The notes beneath the pieces are model-generated. The model ran no database searches. It saw only the letters and a list, made by a program, of their open reading frames with translations, and was not told where the DNA came from. A program made the position numbers and the translations under genes. This document shows positions 31,995 to 49,065 of a DNA stretch of 64,000 nt, piece by piece; the first letter of the stretch is position 1, and every line of letters begins with the position of its first letter. Origin of the DNA: the human T2T-CHM13v2.0 reference genome, Homo sapiens; the NCBI RefSeq assembly GCF_009914755.1, contig NC_060947.1; one strand, 5' to 3'.

Positions 31995-32200
31995 TTCGTT
32001 GAATACGTATTGCATACCAGGTATTGTACTAGCTTAATCCTCAGAACAACCATACAAGGAAGGTACTATTCTCCTCTCCAATTTGCATATGAGAAAACAG
32101 AGACCCAGACAGCTTGACTAACTTGTACAAGGTCCCACAGTTGGTAAATAAGTAGTGGAGCCCTTATTTACACCCAGATTGGTTCTACTATACCGGGCTG
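31995..32200 (-). mobile_element. MIR
   Basis: aatcctcagaacaacc...gagaaaacagagacccaga...aacttgtacaaggtcccacag. Confidence 0.65.
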
Positions 32201-33738
32201 CCTTCTTCTAGGGTTGAGTTGGTTTGGTTTCTCTAGGATTCCTGCAGTACATTCCCCAGAGACGCTTTTTGAGAGGGCTTTCCTTTCTCCTGCCACAGTT
32301 CCAACCATACAGGACCCTGTCAGTGTCCCAAGACGAAAGAAATTAGGAGGGACAAGAGTCATGCCCTCTTCCCTGGCTAGTTGATGAACTTCACTTTTCC
32401 TTCCTAGAGCCATTTGACAGTCTTTTGCCCTGCCGGTAATACCGTCTGATTTACTAAGTTACCACATTTTATAAACCTGTAAAGAGCTCCTAGGACACCT
32501 GAAATACCATCTCCACACAGAAAGGAGTATGATCTAGCTGATCCAGAACAAAGAATCTATACATTTTGTTTTGTTTTGATCTGAGAGTCTGCCACCCTCT
32601 TTCTGCCAGTGAACTAGCTCTGAGAGCAACTGTGATACCACAAAAGCAATTTCACAAAAATTTATACTAGGCACTGATGACACCAGAAAAACTACATTCC
32701 TTACTCTAAGATATGCTGACAAAGGAACAGGAGGTACAGGGAAAAGAAAAAGAAAAAACCTGTTCTGAAACCAGAGCACAACAGAACAACCCAGGAAGGG
32801 AGGGCAGTATTGTAAGTGAAGATCAAACGAACTTGTAAAAGCTGGCTAGAAGCTGCATGGAATGAGCTGAAAGGGTCATTTGGAGACCTAGCAAAGATGG
32901 AAGAGAATGGCAAATCCCTACTGAGCACAACTACAGCCAGAGCTACACTGAGGGAGACTGGGGGTAGAGGAAACTAGCTACCGGCATCTGCAGAAATGAG
33001 AGCAGTTCATGTTTCCCCCCGACTAATTCTCCCTGTGGACTCAATCCACTATGAAGTTTTTATTGCTGGTTTTATTAAGGCAATTGGAAATAATTAGACA
33101 TTGTCTAGCTGGGTGGGGTCCATTAGACACTGATAAAGAAAAGGATTAATTCATTGTCATGGTCCTAGGAGTATTTCCAGACAAAGGAAACACTATTATG
33201 AGGAAGACACAGCTCTGCCCTCCCCCACATCCTCCAACTCTGCAGCCAGAGTCACTAGTTCAGGCCATAGGATTAGCTCCCCTTGCAATCTGCTGCTGTG
33301 TAACAATAAATACTAGGGAGCCCCAGGTACAGGTGAAGTATTCCAAACACTATCATCGATCCTGCATATTAATCCCATCTCTACCAGAGCCAACACACAG
33401 TTTCTTCTAAGAAAATCCCTTCAACATGAAGGGACCTCATGTTCAGTAAGCCTCTTTATTTAGATAGCAATGACACTAGCAGGGATTTCAAGGGGCTTCT
33501 CTAGTTTAATGCTGAAGGACCAATGTGATGTGACGAGATGTTGTGGCAAGCAGCCTTCTTGGCTTAGGAGGAAAAGAACAGAATCTTCCAACTTCATGCC
33601 TGAATAGGAAAAACAATCCTTAGGTGATATTGACTCTGCCCTGGCTGTTCTAAAAGGCTAAAGAGAACAGTGTAATCTTTTCACGCACCTTGCTCCCATC
33701 CACACGTTAATACCTGTTTCTGCAGCTTGCAGACTTAC

Positions 33739-33831
33739 TTTTTGCAAAGAGCTGCGAGATGGTTTTTCTGGTGTCCTCTGACCCCTCATATTCCTTCTCT
33801 GCAAGCTGCTTGTTGGCAGTCTCTAGACGCT
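33739..33831 (-). CDS. AMOT: AMOT coding exon 4 (93 nt)
   Basis: Manual translation [31 protein letters not shown] (not in ORF track); acceptor atttcacAG|, donor AAA|GTAAGT. Confidence 0.96.
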
Positions 33832-34174
33832 CTGTGAAATTTGGAGACAATCAACAGGGTCTCAAATGTAAACTTTCATGCACATACTATTGGCCCTCTA
33901 AATACTGACCTTTGGTAAAACAAGCCTGTTTCTTCTTGTTAAACAGGAATGGGTGACTAACATGAGTTTGCAAATGTGAATCCCAAAATAATACTAGACC
34001 ATGGCCGGGGAGGAGGAGGTAAGTATTTAATGCTTTCACTCCTCACTGCCAAAACCTAAGTTAAGTGCAGAATTCTAAATTTCAATGAAATTATCCATCC
34101 CCAAATATATAAAGATATCTTTCATTAACCAGAAAAAAAAGAGTATCACAGTTATTATAAAGTATTTAAACTCA

Positions 34175-34610
<436 letters not shown>

Positions 34611-35028
34611 TTAGCAGTTTTGAAGGTGCTGAAGGCACTTTAAAGTAGAAATATTTCCCAAAGTCTTCAATATTATCAGGTGAAAGTCAAAAATAAAAGG
34701 AGTCAGTCAGTCCTGGAAATAAGAGAGGACATTATACTTCAAGCTTGCAGTCAAAGGGCACGCCTCTGTAAAACCTGTTAAAAAGAAGAGGCAGCACCTA
34801 TTGTGGGGGTGGGCCAGGTGGGTCCAGGAGTCCCAGCAGGGATCCTGCCTGATTAACACATCAGCTCATTGCTCAGAAGACCAGTGAGGTACATCCACAC
34901 TTTGATCAATCAAGCTTGGGACTGAGGACTATTGCAGTCACAAAAAATTAGCCTGGCACATGCCCAGCCATTTACTGCCCATACCGGTGGGTTGGACAAC
35001 CCCAAAGAGCCTAGTTGGATCCTGCTCA

Positions 35029-35340
<312 letters not shown>

Positions 35341-35769
35341 TCACAGATGGCCAGGAGGCAAGCATAACACAGTCAGATGACACAAGTTTCAAGAAAGGAT
35401 CTCCACCTTCAACCATAAGCTTAGTAATTAACTCATGGTGTCATGGTCTTTCCTCGGGTTAAAAAAATAGACAATTTCTGCCTTCAGAGGAGATGGTAAG
35501 ATAGAATAAATTTTATAAATAGTTATAAAGGATTTTAATTTCTGAAGAAAACTCTTAATTTTGAAAATATTAGTAATAATATATATAGTATGTAGATATT
35601 CCAAAGCATTCAAAGGGCTTTCACATGTTGGTTCCAGTCTGCACTGATTATCTGCCTAGACAGGATACCTCTTCTCATTTTAGTAGAGAGAAAAGTCAAA
35701 TTGCCTCTGAAGATCAACTGTCAGCAGCAGAGACCAACCCTAAAAACCCCAAGCTTCATGAAGTAGTTC

Positions 35770-36310
35770 AGTTCAATTTAACAAACATTTACCAAGGGCC
35801 AAATATTTACACGAACTCTTTAAAGTACTATTGGGGGTGTGTAAATATGAATGAGAACATTCTCACTGCCCTCAGGGAGGTTTCAATCCAATCGAATGAA
35901 AGACTATAGGGCAAGATACATCTTTAAGAAAAGTAGAAGTAGTGCCATAAAGTACAGACAAGGAAGAAGTTATTCCTGGTTGGGGAAGTGGGGAGGAGAA
36001 CAATTTCTGAGAAGAGGTGGCATTTACAGTCAGATCCTGAAAGCTGGGTCAGATTTCAATGAGCAGAGGTGAGGGGAAGGGTATTCTATTCTGAGTAAGC
36101 AAATGCATTCCCAGAATGACCAGTCGTTTAATTTGGCTGGACACTGTGGGGTACGCAGAGGGAACCTGGCGAGATATGGCTGCTAAGATAGATTGGAGTC
36201 AGATCATAAAATGCTTTTAATGCCAGGCATTTGGACTTTATCCCATAGTCAATGGGAAACCAGTATAGGTTTTTGAACACAAAATCATAATCAGAGTTGT
36301 GTTTTATGAC
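35770..36310 (-). mobile_element. L2 fragment
   Basis: ttcaatttaacaaacatttac..., tttggactttatccc..gtcaatgggaaacca; approximate. Confidence 0.6.
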
Positions 36311-37835
36311 ACCCCTGCAAATCTCATAAAATGGGGAAAATAAACTCAGAGAGAAAGGGTCTTCCCCTGAATCAGCCACAATCAGGCCGAAAATGAGAAA
36401 TTAGACTCCAGAGTTTTTCTGTAACTAGTATAGCTCCATTGCACATATAATAGCCACACAGATATTTGCATATAATTTGTATAAGACAAATAAACCCACG
36501 GTCTATTAAGCAATTTTCAGATTAAATTGGACTCTGCAACCATTCTGCATTGCTTCTGTGTTTTCCACTATCCTGTTTAACAAAGCTCAGGGTACTTTCA
36601 GGGAAGAAATATCAGGCCCCTAATGGGACACTAGGGGAAAGGTAAGGTTGCCAAACCAGTCAGATTCAACCCGCCTCCATCTCCAAAATTCTGCCAGAGA
36701 CAGGACTGCCTGCAAACAAATAAGGCTTATGCCACAGAAAAGAGCAGACTCAAAAGTGTTTTTCTCTTCACAGATGGCACCAAGATAGCAGCACAGAAGG
36801 TGAAAACTGGTGAATGGCATTTAGAGACAAGATCTGCAAGGCCTGCGCCTGATGAAGCTTTTGCATGAAACTCAAGCGCTGGGGAGAGAAAATAAACATT
36901 TCCATCTGAAAGAGCAGGCTTGGTGTTGGTCTGCTCTGGGCAGCATTTATAGTTCAAGGCTGTCCGGTTGTGCACAGAATGCAACACCTAGAAGGTAGTC
37001 CCTTTCCTCAAGGTGTGCAGACTGCTATTTCAAGATCTTGTACTAATCCTTCCCCTACCCCCTGTGTAGATACTCCATCCTTCAAAAGGGCAAGTCCCAC
37101 AGCTCTCAATAGGGCCTTCCAGGAAAAGCCATCACAGAAGGATATATCCACTGGTTTGGGCTGGGTGATGGTGGGGGCAGAGAGGAGGGTGGCAGTGGGT
37201 TTTCCAGACTTACTCTGTCTACTTATTCCCCTCATGAGCCTCAGGCCTTTTCATTTCCTCCAGCACTACCTGGGATCTACCTTAATTTTCCCCACTTTCC
37301 TTTTCCTCTCCTGGTCCACCTTCCCCTCTACTCTACCTCGACACTGGGTCAGCCTCTACTTTCCCAACATTCAAGCTGTTCCAGTTACACTTATTTGAGG
37401 CATCTTTTCCCATCTTGGGGAACAAACAACAGCAATCCTATTCTCTGTCCCTCTTCCCTGTCACTGGCTGAACCCACTCCCACACACACAAAAAATCACC
37501 ATGGATCCTCTGGCAAAAAGGGCCCGTATTAGAGCTGGGTTCATCCTTCAGTGATTGTATCAAAGATGGGCTGGGATCACCATGAAGAGAGAGTTTGGAG
37601 AGGGGGTGTCAACTGTTAGCCTAATCAGCCAGACTGGGTTTCTAGTGTATGGATATAATTAATTTATTTCACCAAAGCGATGGGGATAGGGATATAGTTA
37701 AAATTTGCGGGTGAAAATACAAAATCAGGGAAAAGCCGGGAAGAAACAATTCTCAGAGCACTCCAACAACCCTCATCCAGATTTAGGAAAACTAAGGGAC
37801 AGGGAAGCCATTTTCCTATATAAAAATCCTCTGTT

Positions 37836-38149
37836 TGCCAGGCGCAGTGGCTCACGCCTATAATCCCAGCACTTTGGGAGACCAAGGCGGGCGGATCACC
37901 TGAGGTCGGGAGTTCGAGACCAGCCTGGCCAACATGGAGAAACCCCGTCTCTACTAAAAATACAAAATTAGCCAGGCGTGGTGACACATGCCTGTAATCC
38001 CAGCTACTCAGGAGGCTGAGGCAGGAGAACTGCTTGAACCCAGGAGGCGGAAGTTGCAGTGAGTGGAGATCGTGCCATTGCACTGCAGGCTAGGTAACAA
38101 GAGCGAGACTCCGTCTCAAAAAAAAAAAAAAAGAAAGAAAGAAAAAAAA
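37836..38149 (+). mobile_element. Alu (AluSp-like)
   Basis: gtcgggagttcgagaccagcctggccaacatggagaaacccc; TSD-like aaaaatcctctg/aaaaatcatctg. Confidence 0.93.
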
Positions 38150-39145
38150 TCATCTGCTGATAATAAGCCCCTGTCTCCTTGAGGCCCCCAGATTTGGTGT
38201 CTGTTTACAAATACTCAGCTTCATTCAGGCCTCTGAAATTTTCACTCCTGGTGTTTCCTAAGGACAGAGTTGCTGGACAATACAAGGCATCCTCCTGTCC
38301 CTCCCCCACCTTCACCCTCACCTCTCTGAACAGTTCACATTGTAGGGAGACCAAACCACAATAGCTCCACAATGACAAAAGCTGCAAAGAAGCGGCCAAA
38401 GGCATAACCCTATTCACCAGCAGCCCCTGGAAGCCAAGAGCTAAGGTTCCTCGCTTGGGGTACTCCAGAGGTAAAGTCCCAATGGGGGTGGGCAGAGAAG
38501 AATGTGAACTGGAGATACACTCCTTTTTCTATTTCCTCAGCCTAGGGCTGTCACCTGTCACCCAGCTGTGGTGTTAAGCCCCTCCTGCCCCCCACATACA
38601 ACAGAGAAAGAGAGCAGATGTTGAATTTGAGCTGCAGGGAGGGACCAAATCAAAGGGTGGGGTGGAGGGATTGTTGAAAGAGAGTTACTATGAGAACTCC
38701 CACTAGGAAAAAGTATTCTGAGCCTTTTCCAGAACAAGGCAGGACTGCTCAAACTTTAGCTGGTGAGATTTTTCTAGGAACTACATTTATTTTTATATTT
38801 AAGATTCAAATTCATATTTGGGAAAATGTGACCAAGACAATGAGCCTTAAGGTGCCGTCAGATCCTTTACCTATAAAGGCATCACCAGTATTCTTATCAA
38901 GAAGTATCACTGCCTTTTGGAATTCTAAAAGAATTAATCACGTTTTCTTTAGGGCTATAGCGTCTGGAAAAACTGCATAAATTTTTTTCTCCTTGTGTAA
39001 ATGTAAGACGTTACTTCTCCTAGGTAGACAGGTAGAAGGCTTTTTCCAAAGTTTGACTCATATCTAACCTTCAGATATAAAAATCCTGAAGACCTGCCAC
39101 AAGTAATGCTGGGATTCACAACTGGAGACTTTAATGTGGATATTA

Positions 39146-39856
<711 letters not shown>

Positions 39857-42800
39857 CTATGGGGAAGTCTAACCCTGCCTGCTCTATCTCTGCAAAGACC
39901 ACAGCCCTTTTCCAGCCTGACCTTCTGTGCCTCTGCCTGACAAACAGAGGTGTGATCCCATGAGGGTCAGAACCAGACAACTTCCATGGTCACTTTGTGA
40001 AAATCGTAGTGATACACACCTGTACACCCGTTTGCTCAAGTCTAAACATTTCAAACGATTCTTCTACAAGGTAATTTTCATCTCATTATTTTAAATTAAA
40101 CCTTTTCTGACATTATACACGTGGTCCAGCACACATAAAGATCCTAGTTTAGAAACTATGTTCCATTTGCCAGGATGGAAACAACAAACAGCCATAAAAA
40201 CCACCCCCATCTTGCTATCTGCAACTCCCTTTAGTAATTCATACATTCACAAAAAAAAAGAAAAAAAACTATTCAAGGATTGGTAGATACTTATATTAGA
40301 GACACTAAATGATTATTGTTGCTTCCAGTTGTTAACGATTTAATGATTCCCATTAGCAGTAACCATAAAAAGACTTGAAGAGGGTTACAAGCAATGCTAA
40401 CATACTATTTTTGATGTAATGAATCGCAAAATGTAAGAACTGGAAAGGCCTTAAAAGAAAATTATTTAGTTCAACTCTATCACTGGACAGATGGGGAATG
40501 AGGTCCAGAAAGGGGAAGTCATCTGCCAAATATTAGAGTGGTGGTGCCAAGATAGAATCCTTCTTTCCCAATTCCCATTTTCTGGCTTTTTCTACTGCCA
40601 TAATGCATTGATTTCTGTGCACTGATACTTAGATTTCCAACCTATTGCTCATAGAAAGTTCCAGAAAGAGACCTTTGGTACATTGTTTAATGTGGCTCTC
40701 CCATTTTTGTACCTAATTACCAGGTACAAAATGCTAACACCTAAGTATAAATAATTCATACCTAATGACTATTAGCCATTAAGGGAAACAATTAGTATGT
40801 GGATGGATCACTTCCACCATCACCACTACCAGGAATAGTATCTGTCAGTGTGCACTGAAGACAAAAAGCTTGTTCATGCCCTAGCTCATGCCCAATTAAC
40901 CTCATATGCTCCCATGTCCTGTGGACACTTGTTCTACAGTTGATATTTCTCAATCCAGGGAAGACAGATGGCTAAGTGCATGGGATCTGGATCCCAACAG
41001 AGGGAGTCTGGAGACCTCTTCTACTGCTCACGAGCTGTGTAACTTGGTGCAAGTTACTTAATCTGCATGAGCCCATTTTATTCTTGAGGTCACAAATAAA
41101 TTGCAAAAATACTGGGGTCTTCTCATTTTTGGCGGAATAGGAATTACAGTCACTTCTCTACCTCCCAGTGAGATAAGCTGACCTTGTTAGCTTGTTACTT
41201 AAAGGATATCCATTTAATCTTTGCAATAAATTGCATAAAATTCATGGTGGAACTGGGACAAATCACCAGGAGCAATTAACTTTTAACTGGCATTCCAGAT
41301 GCTAAAGCACATTCCTCAGACACACACTCCAGTTACCATTACTGTTCATGTATCCATCTTTACAAGAGATCTTAACTATAAGGGCTTTTTACAGCTACAA
41401 AATCATTCCAAACACTTTCTCATGGATACCCAATAACCTACATCTTCCCCAAGAGTCCTCAAACCTGTACAAACCCTGGATTCTGTCGCTCAGGCCCATC
41501 TATGCCTCTGGTGTACCCACATTCTTCCAATCACATACATCTGTCATTATAAATAATTGCTGAATATTGAAGAGGGCATGCGAACTATTTGGGCAAAGAA
41601 GAATTGACATGGTACTCATAAGTACAACTGGAAAGTTGCTGCCATACATAATATTTTTCCCCAGAGCTCAAAGCACTCATTCAATCAAAAGCCTGGGAGT
41701 TATTTATACATTTATTTGGTGAAGAGCTCCTATTTTCCATTCTATGGATCTTCAGTTTCCTCACAGGTAAAAGACTAAGTGCTCTTTTTTCTCTTTGAAT
41801 GAGAGCTATTACAATTTCTACATGCCTACAGAGTTAAAATATAATGTCCTGAGATTTGTTGGGGCTTGTGTGTCTCTTTTCTGCTTTGTGGGCAGAAAAG
41901 AGGGGCTTAAGTTTCATGTTCTCCAATGCAGCTCTCAAATTTTAAGGGAAAAAAATCACTATATTAACCTTCATTTTTGTTCCCAGGATTTGCAGTCCAA
42001 GGCCTGGGAGGTATTCTCTTTTAAAGACTGAACGCCCAGTTCTGAAATGGGCTTTCTCTCCACAGCTCCCCTGGGCCTCATCAAGCAACCCAGGCCTCTC
42101 TCTCAAACAAACTCAGCCACTGGCCTCCCTCCTGCCTGGAGACTGAAAGGCCCCTGCATTCCCTGGACAACAGCACATGGCCTTCCAGGGACCTTGGGAA
42201 GGAGGAGACCATGAGGTCTCCAGAAGGAGGTCTCTGGGGTCAGATAAGCTGAGGATGAAGATAAGCAGAGACAAGGCAGCTGCCCCTCAATTCCCCAGGC
42301 TGGAAAAGGAAGCAGATCTCAGTGCACCGTGATGTTGGGAAAACCAAGGCAGCCCGTCACTGGCTGGTTTGCAAACCAGCAATGGCTTGGGCAGTCACAA
42401 AGGGAGAGAAAGCCCTTCAGTGAAGAACTCAATCTGGGCTCCAGCATCCACCCACCAGGGGAAAGCAGGACGGAATGAACACTGGGGTGAAGCTCCCCGT
42501 GAGAAAAAGAGATTAAGGAATGACGGGGTAAGGGAGAGTTGGAGGGGGCGGATGTCAGAGGAAGCCAAAATACACCCCAAGTTAAATAATAACAGTAAAA
42601 GTAATGACAGTAATAATAAAGGTGGCAGCCATGTGAGCAGCACACTCTCCAGGTCCTTCCAGCACACAGCAGCCTGAATCGCTCCCCACTGACACGTTAA
42701 CCAGGAACAACAAGCCGCCTGCAGACAACAGAATCACATGATTCCATGCAAGCCCTGACCTGCCTCCTGCCACTTCCGTCCCCTCATCCTGCTCCTTCCT

Positions 42801-45800
42801 AAGGCTACCTGGGCCACTGGGGCTCTGCAGAAAAGGGGACATAGCATACATGCAGGACAAAGGCCAGTGACTAAAATCAGGATCCTCCCCAAAGCTGGGA
42901 AGTGGGGTAGGGTGGGGGGTACACTCCTCCCAGAGACAGTAGTAAGGACTCAAAGGGAAAGTAAAAGCCACTCTACCCAGCTGACACAGCACCTTCCACC
43001 CTGCCACCTCGATGACTGGGAGCCCTCACCCTCCCCAGCCACACACACATGCACACATGTGCATGCACACACACACTCCACACTCCTGGCACACACATGT
43101 GCAATCCTGCACACACACTCTCACCAGAGCAGGTGCCACCCAATAGCCTGGAACTTGATTGATCCTCACCACAGAAACTGCCTTTCCCAGGCTCTGCAAT
43201 GGTGAATCGGTGAATCTGTGAATCCTGGAGCAGGCTGCAAATTCCTGATGGTTTCTCTTGCACAACCAGCTCTGCTCTGAACTACAGAGTTAGGTCACCC
43301 TTAGATTCCACTAAACAAGGATTTCAAGAAACCTCAGATCTGGGCATGATTTCAACAATTGAAAGGAGGTGGCTGCTTTATAAACAGAAATGATTTAATT
43401 TTTAAAAGCAGTTGATAAATGTATAAACCCAGGATGCAGAAAAGGTTCAGCACTTAGAAAGACAAAGATTCTGAAATTTTAAAATTATTCAGATAGCCTT
43501 TGCCTTGTTTCTCATCTGGGGTTCTGGGCATTCAAGGTATTTATTTTTTAAGGGGAGGAGGGCATAAGAAAGATGAAGTAATAAAAGGATTGTTTATAAT
43601 TTTGTTCATTTTAACAGCAAATCTCCAGCAGTTCACTGCACCTCGAAAAGCAAGCAAATGTTTTCTTAACAGCAATTTGTTCAAAGAGTTTGCTTTGCAT
43701 CCTGACTTGTAATTTGTGGATTAAGGGCTCAGAATGTAGTCTTCTAATTGGTTGCTGCTAGCAGCAGTTACTTGGAAAGGTACTCACAAACTGTATAGCT
43801 AGTTGGTTAAAGGAAATAAAGGAGGGAAAATGTGTCACCACCTTAAAGCAGTACACTTCTGGAAAGCAGTTCAACTACCTCCTTTTGCCAGTAATTTGTC
43901 AATAGGTGCCACTCCCTCATGTAGGGCCCTGCAACAATTTTACGGCCAGTATTTGCCTGATGCAGACCCAAATTTCATATGGAGCATCCTCCCACTAGGG
44001 CCATTTTAGGTTTGCTTATTCATCAAGCATTATCAAGCACTCTGCTCCTTTCCCATAGAGAAAAACCTGTTACAGCAAAACTGTGTATTAAAATGCTGCT
44101 CAACAAGGGTAGATCATCATGGGCTCTGTTGCTTTTGAGGACAGAAAGAAAGAGAAATCCACAGATAACTTAGGTGGGAGGATAAAAAATATGTATCTTC
44201 CTGTAAAATACATGCAGCTAAATTTCTCCGGTGGTTTAATCAGGATGGGAAGAAAAGGAAAAAAAAAGAAAACCTCTTTGGGCTCCTCATTATTTATTTA
44301 GGCAGATCAAAGGGCAGATAATTTTCCATCTAGCTTCAAACACTGTGGGAGTCATTTCAGATCACAAACAATACTGGTGAATGAGTTCTGAAAATAGCTT
44401 TCCTGGGAAGGCGGGCTGTGTGCTGAGTGGGGCTGTGGCTTCTGCTCCACACCCCAGCCAACACACTCCCCTCCCACAAGGCAACAGACATCAGCCCATC
44501 AACAGACTCTTCCATACTGATGGGAAAAGCAAAATAAAAACCCCCAGCTTCATTGATATTTTGCTGGCTTGAATGGGTTTCCACTAAGTGAGGCAGTCTT
44601 GAACAGACCAACCCCTCCCTGGGTCTTCTGTTTCATTGGTCAGATGGGAATCTGGTTCTTGATCTCTTTTAAACCTGAGTAGCCTTGTTGGTTACCCCAT
44701 TTCCTGTTCCAAGACACTGATCAGAACATAGGCTCCTGCCCTTTGAAAGCTGCACAGAGGAGGTTGAAAAGGGTTAGGAAATCAACCTGGGTTAAGAGGG
44801 AAAAAAAAAAAAAAATCCTAAACTGGCAAAGTTAGAGGTGGAGTCCAAAGTGAATTGCCTCTGGCTACAAAAACAGGACCTGCAGGGGAAAAAAAAGAAA
44901 TACCAGGAAATGCTAGGTGCCTTCTCTCACTTTCACCCTACTCCACCCCATGACTGCCTTCTCTCCTGAGTCACTCAATGAACTTCAAGCCAGAAGGTTT
45001 TTTCCAAAATGAGCAAGTAGGGTACAGGAGACAAAGAGGTAGACATCAAAGGACATCACAGACCTAGTCTGTGAGCCGCATATAAATGAAGGCCAGCCTA
45101 GGACCAAGCACTTCAAACCTGATGGTCACCCATCATTACTCATGGCCATGAGGCAGGATACCACACTTAAATGCCACCATCGGTCCCCATGGTTTAAACC
45201 TTTTCTCCTGCCCTATATGTGGAAATACTACTGATCAGAGACATGGCCCAAATACTAACAACAGGAACAATGAACAGAATCATAGAATCATAAGGTCTAG
45301 TGAATATAGCAGTGGGACAATGGACCTCTGAATAATTAAGAAGTATATATAGGAACAACTAAATATATAAGACAGAAATGGTAATATTTTTCCTTCTGTA
45401 TTTTAGCATCTGACCAAAATTTCTATATGATGTGATGGGAATTTAACTCAGAGGTTTAAAAATGTGACAGGCAACTAATAAATTCTCTACAAAAAAAAGA
45501 TACAACAGTCCAGATTTCATAAACTGCAAGCATAAGGCAAGTAACATTCTGAACCTACATACATACATAGCTCCCCCACCATAACATCTGGGTGTTTGTT
45601 TAGTCCAAAAGAATAATGGTAATTCTATGGAAAAATGGTAACTGACAAGAAATACACAGATTTGTTTGCAAAAATAAATGATGAAAGCTTCATGGAGGGG
45701 AATATGTGCAAGTGATAGGATGTTCCAGACTAATTAAAGTGCAAGGTAATTTGCTTCTACCTCTCAAGGAGGGCTTATGAGAAACACAGACCCCTTCAAC

Positions 45801-46098
45801 ATCCTAGGAGAGAGGACAGCAAATAGCTGCTGAAAACAAGACTTTTGCTCCTGTTCGTCCACTAGGCAGTTGAGGCCATGCTCAACCTACAAAGCTAAGG
45901 GATTGTTAATACAGTGCTAATTATGGCTAAAGAGGATACAAATTCGGGTTGGCAGGCAATTCACGAAGCCAGAGGCCTGTCATGCATTGCAGAGTTTGTT
46001 ATATCAAACACCTGCCCGTTCCTTCCCTAAGATTCCCAACACACAGCAGAAGCTGGTTGGGGATGAGGTCAGGAAATGACAGAAACAGAACTCTCTTA

Positions 46099-47055
<957 letters not shown>

Positions 47056-48916
47056 TTAACACCCAGTTGATGGATAAATCAGTCCTCTAAAGGGAAAGAA
47101 AATGGATATTGGAGGGTGAGGATTCGATTGCAGAAACAAAGTAGAGAATTGACTCTAAAATTAATAGATTGTTGGGGATTCCAGGCCCTAGCACTGATAT
47201 GATGAAGAACATGGAGGCATAAGAGCTCTAGGTTTTCTCTTTCACTTTTAGCATGAGTTAAATATTCAATCTGGACTTAACTCCTAAGAATGCTTGAGAA
47301 ACCTGGAACAGTCAACTAGGGTAATCAAAGGGGGTAACTTTTCAAGGTCCATATTCACAGGCTTCATCTCTCTGTATTCTATTTAAAGCAAAAACCCAAA
47401 TCTTATGGCTGTGGAGGTGGGGGCAGGACAGTGGGGAAAGTTACCCCATAACAGGATTTGTAAAGCAGCTCAGCATATGAAGGCAGCTACAAAATGCAAA
47501 ATAAAGACTCAAATAAATAAAAGGTGAAGAGAGCTTGGCTTGCACCAGACAGTAATGATCCCTGCCTCGATGCAAATCTTTTTCTCTGATCTCATAAGGC
47601 TCTGAAACATCTTTTTAAAAAATCATTTTCATAGTCTCCATTTTGGATGCTCCTTGGCTTAATAAGAGAAGGACTTGGAATACTTATTACTGACAAAGTT
47701 GCCTTTCAGCTCTCCAGAAACAGTCATTTAGATTTGCTGTTATTGTTATTGGGTAGAAGCTTAAAGGGGAAGCCTCTTTTATTTGAAGTGTGCCTCTGAC
47801 AAAATTTAGAAATTGAAAAATATAAAGATCATCCTTCTGGAAAGGGTATACGATTAGCATATCCCCTCCCTCACCATCAATTCTTCTGAACAGGTACTAT
47901 GGGTTGACTGAAACTGATTTTAGTAACACAATTTAATATTCAAATTCTAATCATACTATTGGTTTACAGGGTATACAACTGATTCCTCTTTTCTTGATGT
48001 CTATTTTCTCAACAAAAAATGGCTGGTAGGTGATTTCTCTCTCTCAGCACTGTATAGTACACACTAATTCATTAGAGATTCAAAAATTCTTTGGGCAGAA
48101 TCTGTCAATGTTAAGTATTGGAATTAAGTAATAATGTTCAATAATGAAACTTTCACTCTAAGGATCTTCAGTAATTGGTGGAGAATGAACATAATGTCAC
48201 ACGAAAAGTCACAATAAAGGTCAGTTTAACCAGCATCAGGTTTCTAGATGGCAACTCTGGATCCCTGGCTCCCAGGCTCTTATTTCTATGATATTAAGTG
48301 GCCTGCAATCTCTCTGGAAACACGAACCCCTTTCTTTTGGTCATGCAGAGAGAGAGTGACCCAGAATGTACATATAGTATATGAAGAAAGTTCATCTTCT
48401 CTCTTTCTTCACGTCTTGTTGGTTACTGCTACCTGGCTTCCAACTGTTGCGCTGGGCAGTCTGACAACACGAAGGGACCCTCCAAAGTCCCTCTCATCAT
48501 ATTCTCTTGGGAAGTGCACACCAGTGGGTTAAGCAACCCAGTCCCTTTTCCATTCCTCCCAATGTGCCTCCAGGACTCCTGTACTTGAACTGTCAAATTG
48601 GGATATTCTGATAGGCTGACAAGCATAATATATAAATCCTTTTTGGTGCCCAAAACTAGAGAGATGACTACCAAATTACTTTTCCCTGCTCACAAACTGG
48701 AAACAGGAACAAGTATGGTGTTAAAGCAAAAGTGATTTACAAACCCTCCCTGTAAGGCAGGGAAATGCAGACACTGAGCTGCCCTGGACCCTGAAAAGTA
48801 TACCACCCCCTCCCACGTCACACCCACCCCACCCAGCATGCACACAGGCACACATGCATACACACATGCACGAGCGTGTGCACACACACACACACACACA
48901 CAGAAATATTCCATAC

Positions 48917-49065
48917 CTATTTCTGCTTTCTTTTAGGCTTAAAGCCTTGATCAGGATAGGGAATTCTTGCTTATGAGCAGCTCCAGAAACCGCAACGGCA
49001 GATTCCCTCTCCCCTAACACTCAGGTTCAGGGTAAGCGCCGCCAAGAGTCCAACCACTGGTCACT
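48917..49065 (-). other. AMOT: Probable AMOT 5'UTR exon (149 nt)
   Basis: Long pyrimidine tract tttctccctccctccctctcctgaacatttcAG| and donor TAG|GTATGG; locally CpG-containing; no ATG. Confidence 0.75.

Noticed and set aside
42300-43265. GC-richer block with many overlapping ORFs, possible internal p80 promoter
   Set aside because: No CpG island or unambiguous first-exon donor; the ORFs derive partly from CA-rich low complexity; needs CAGE data
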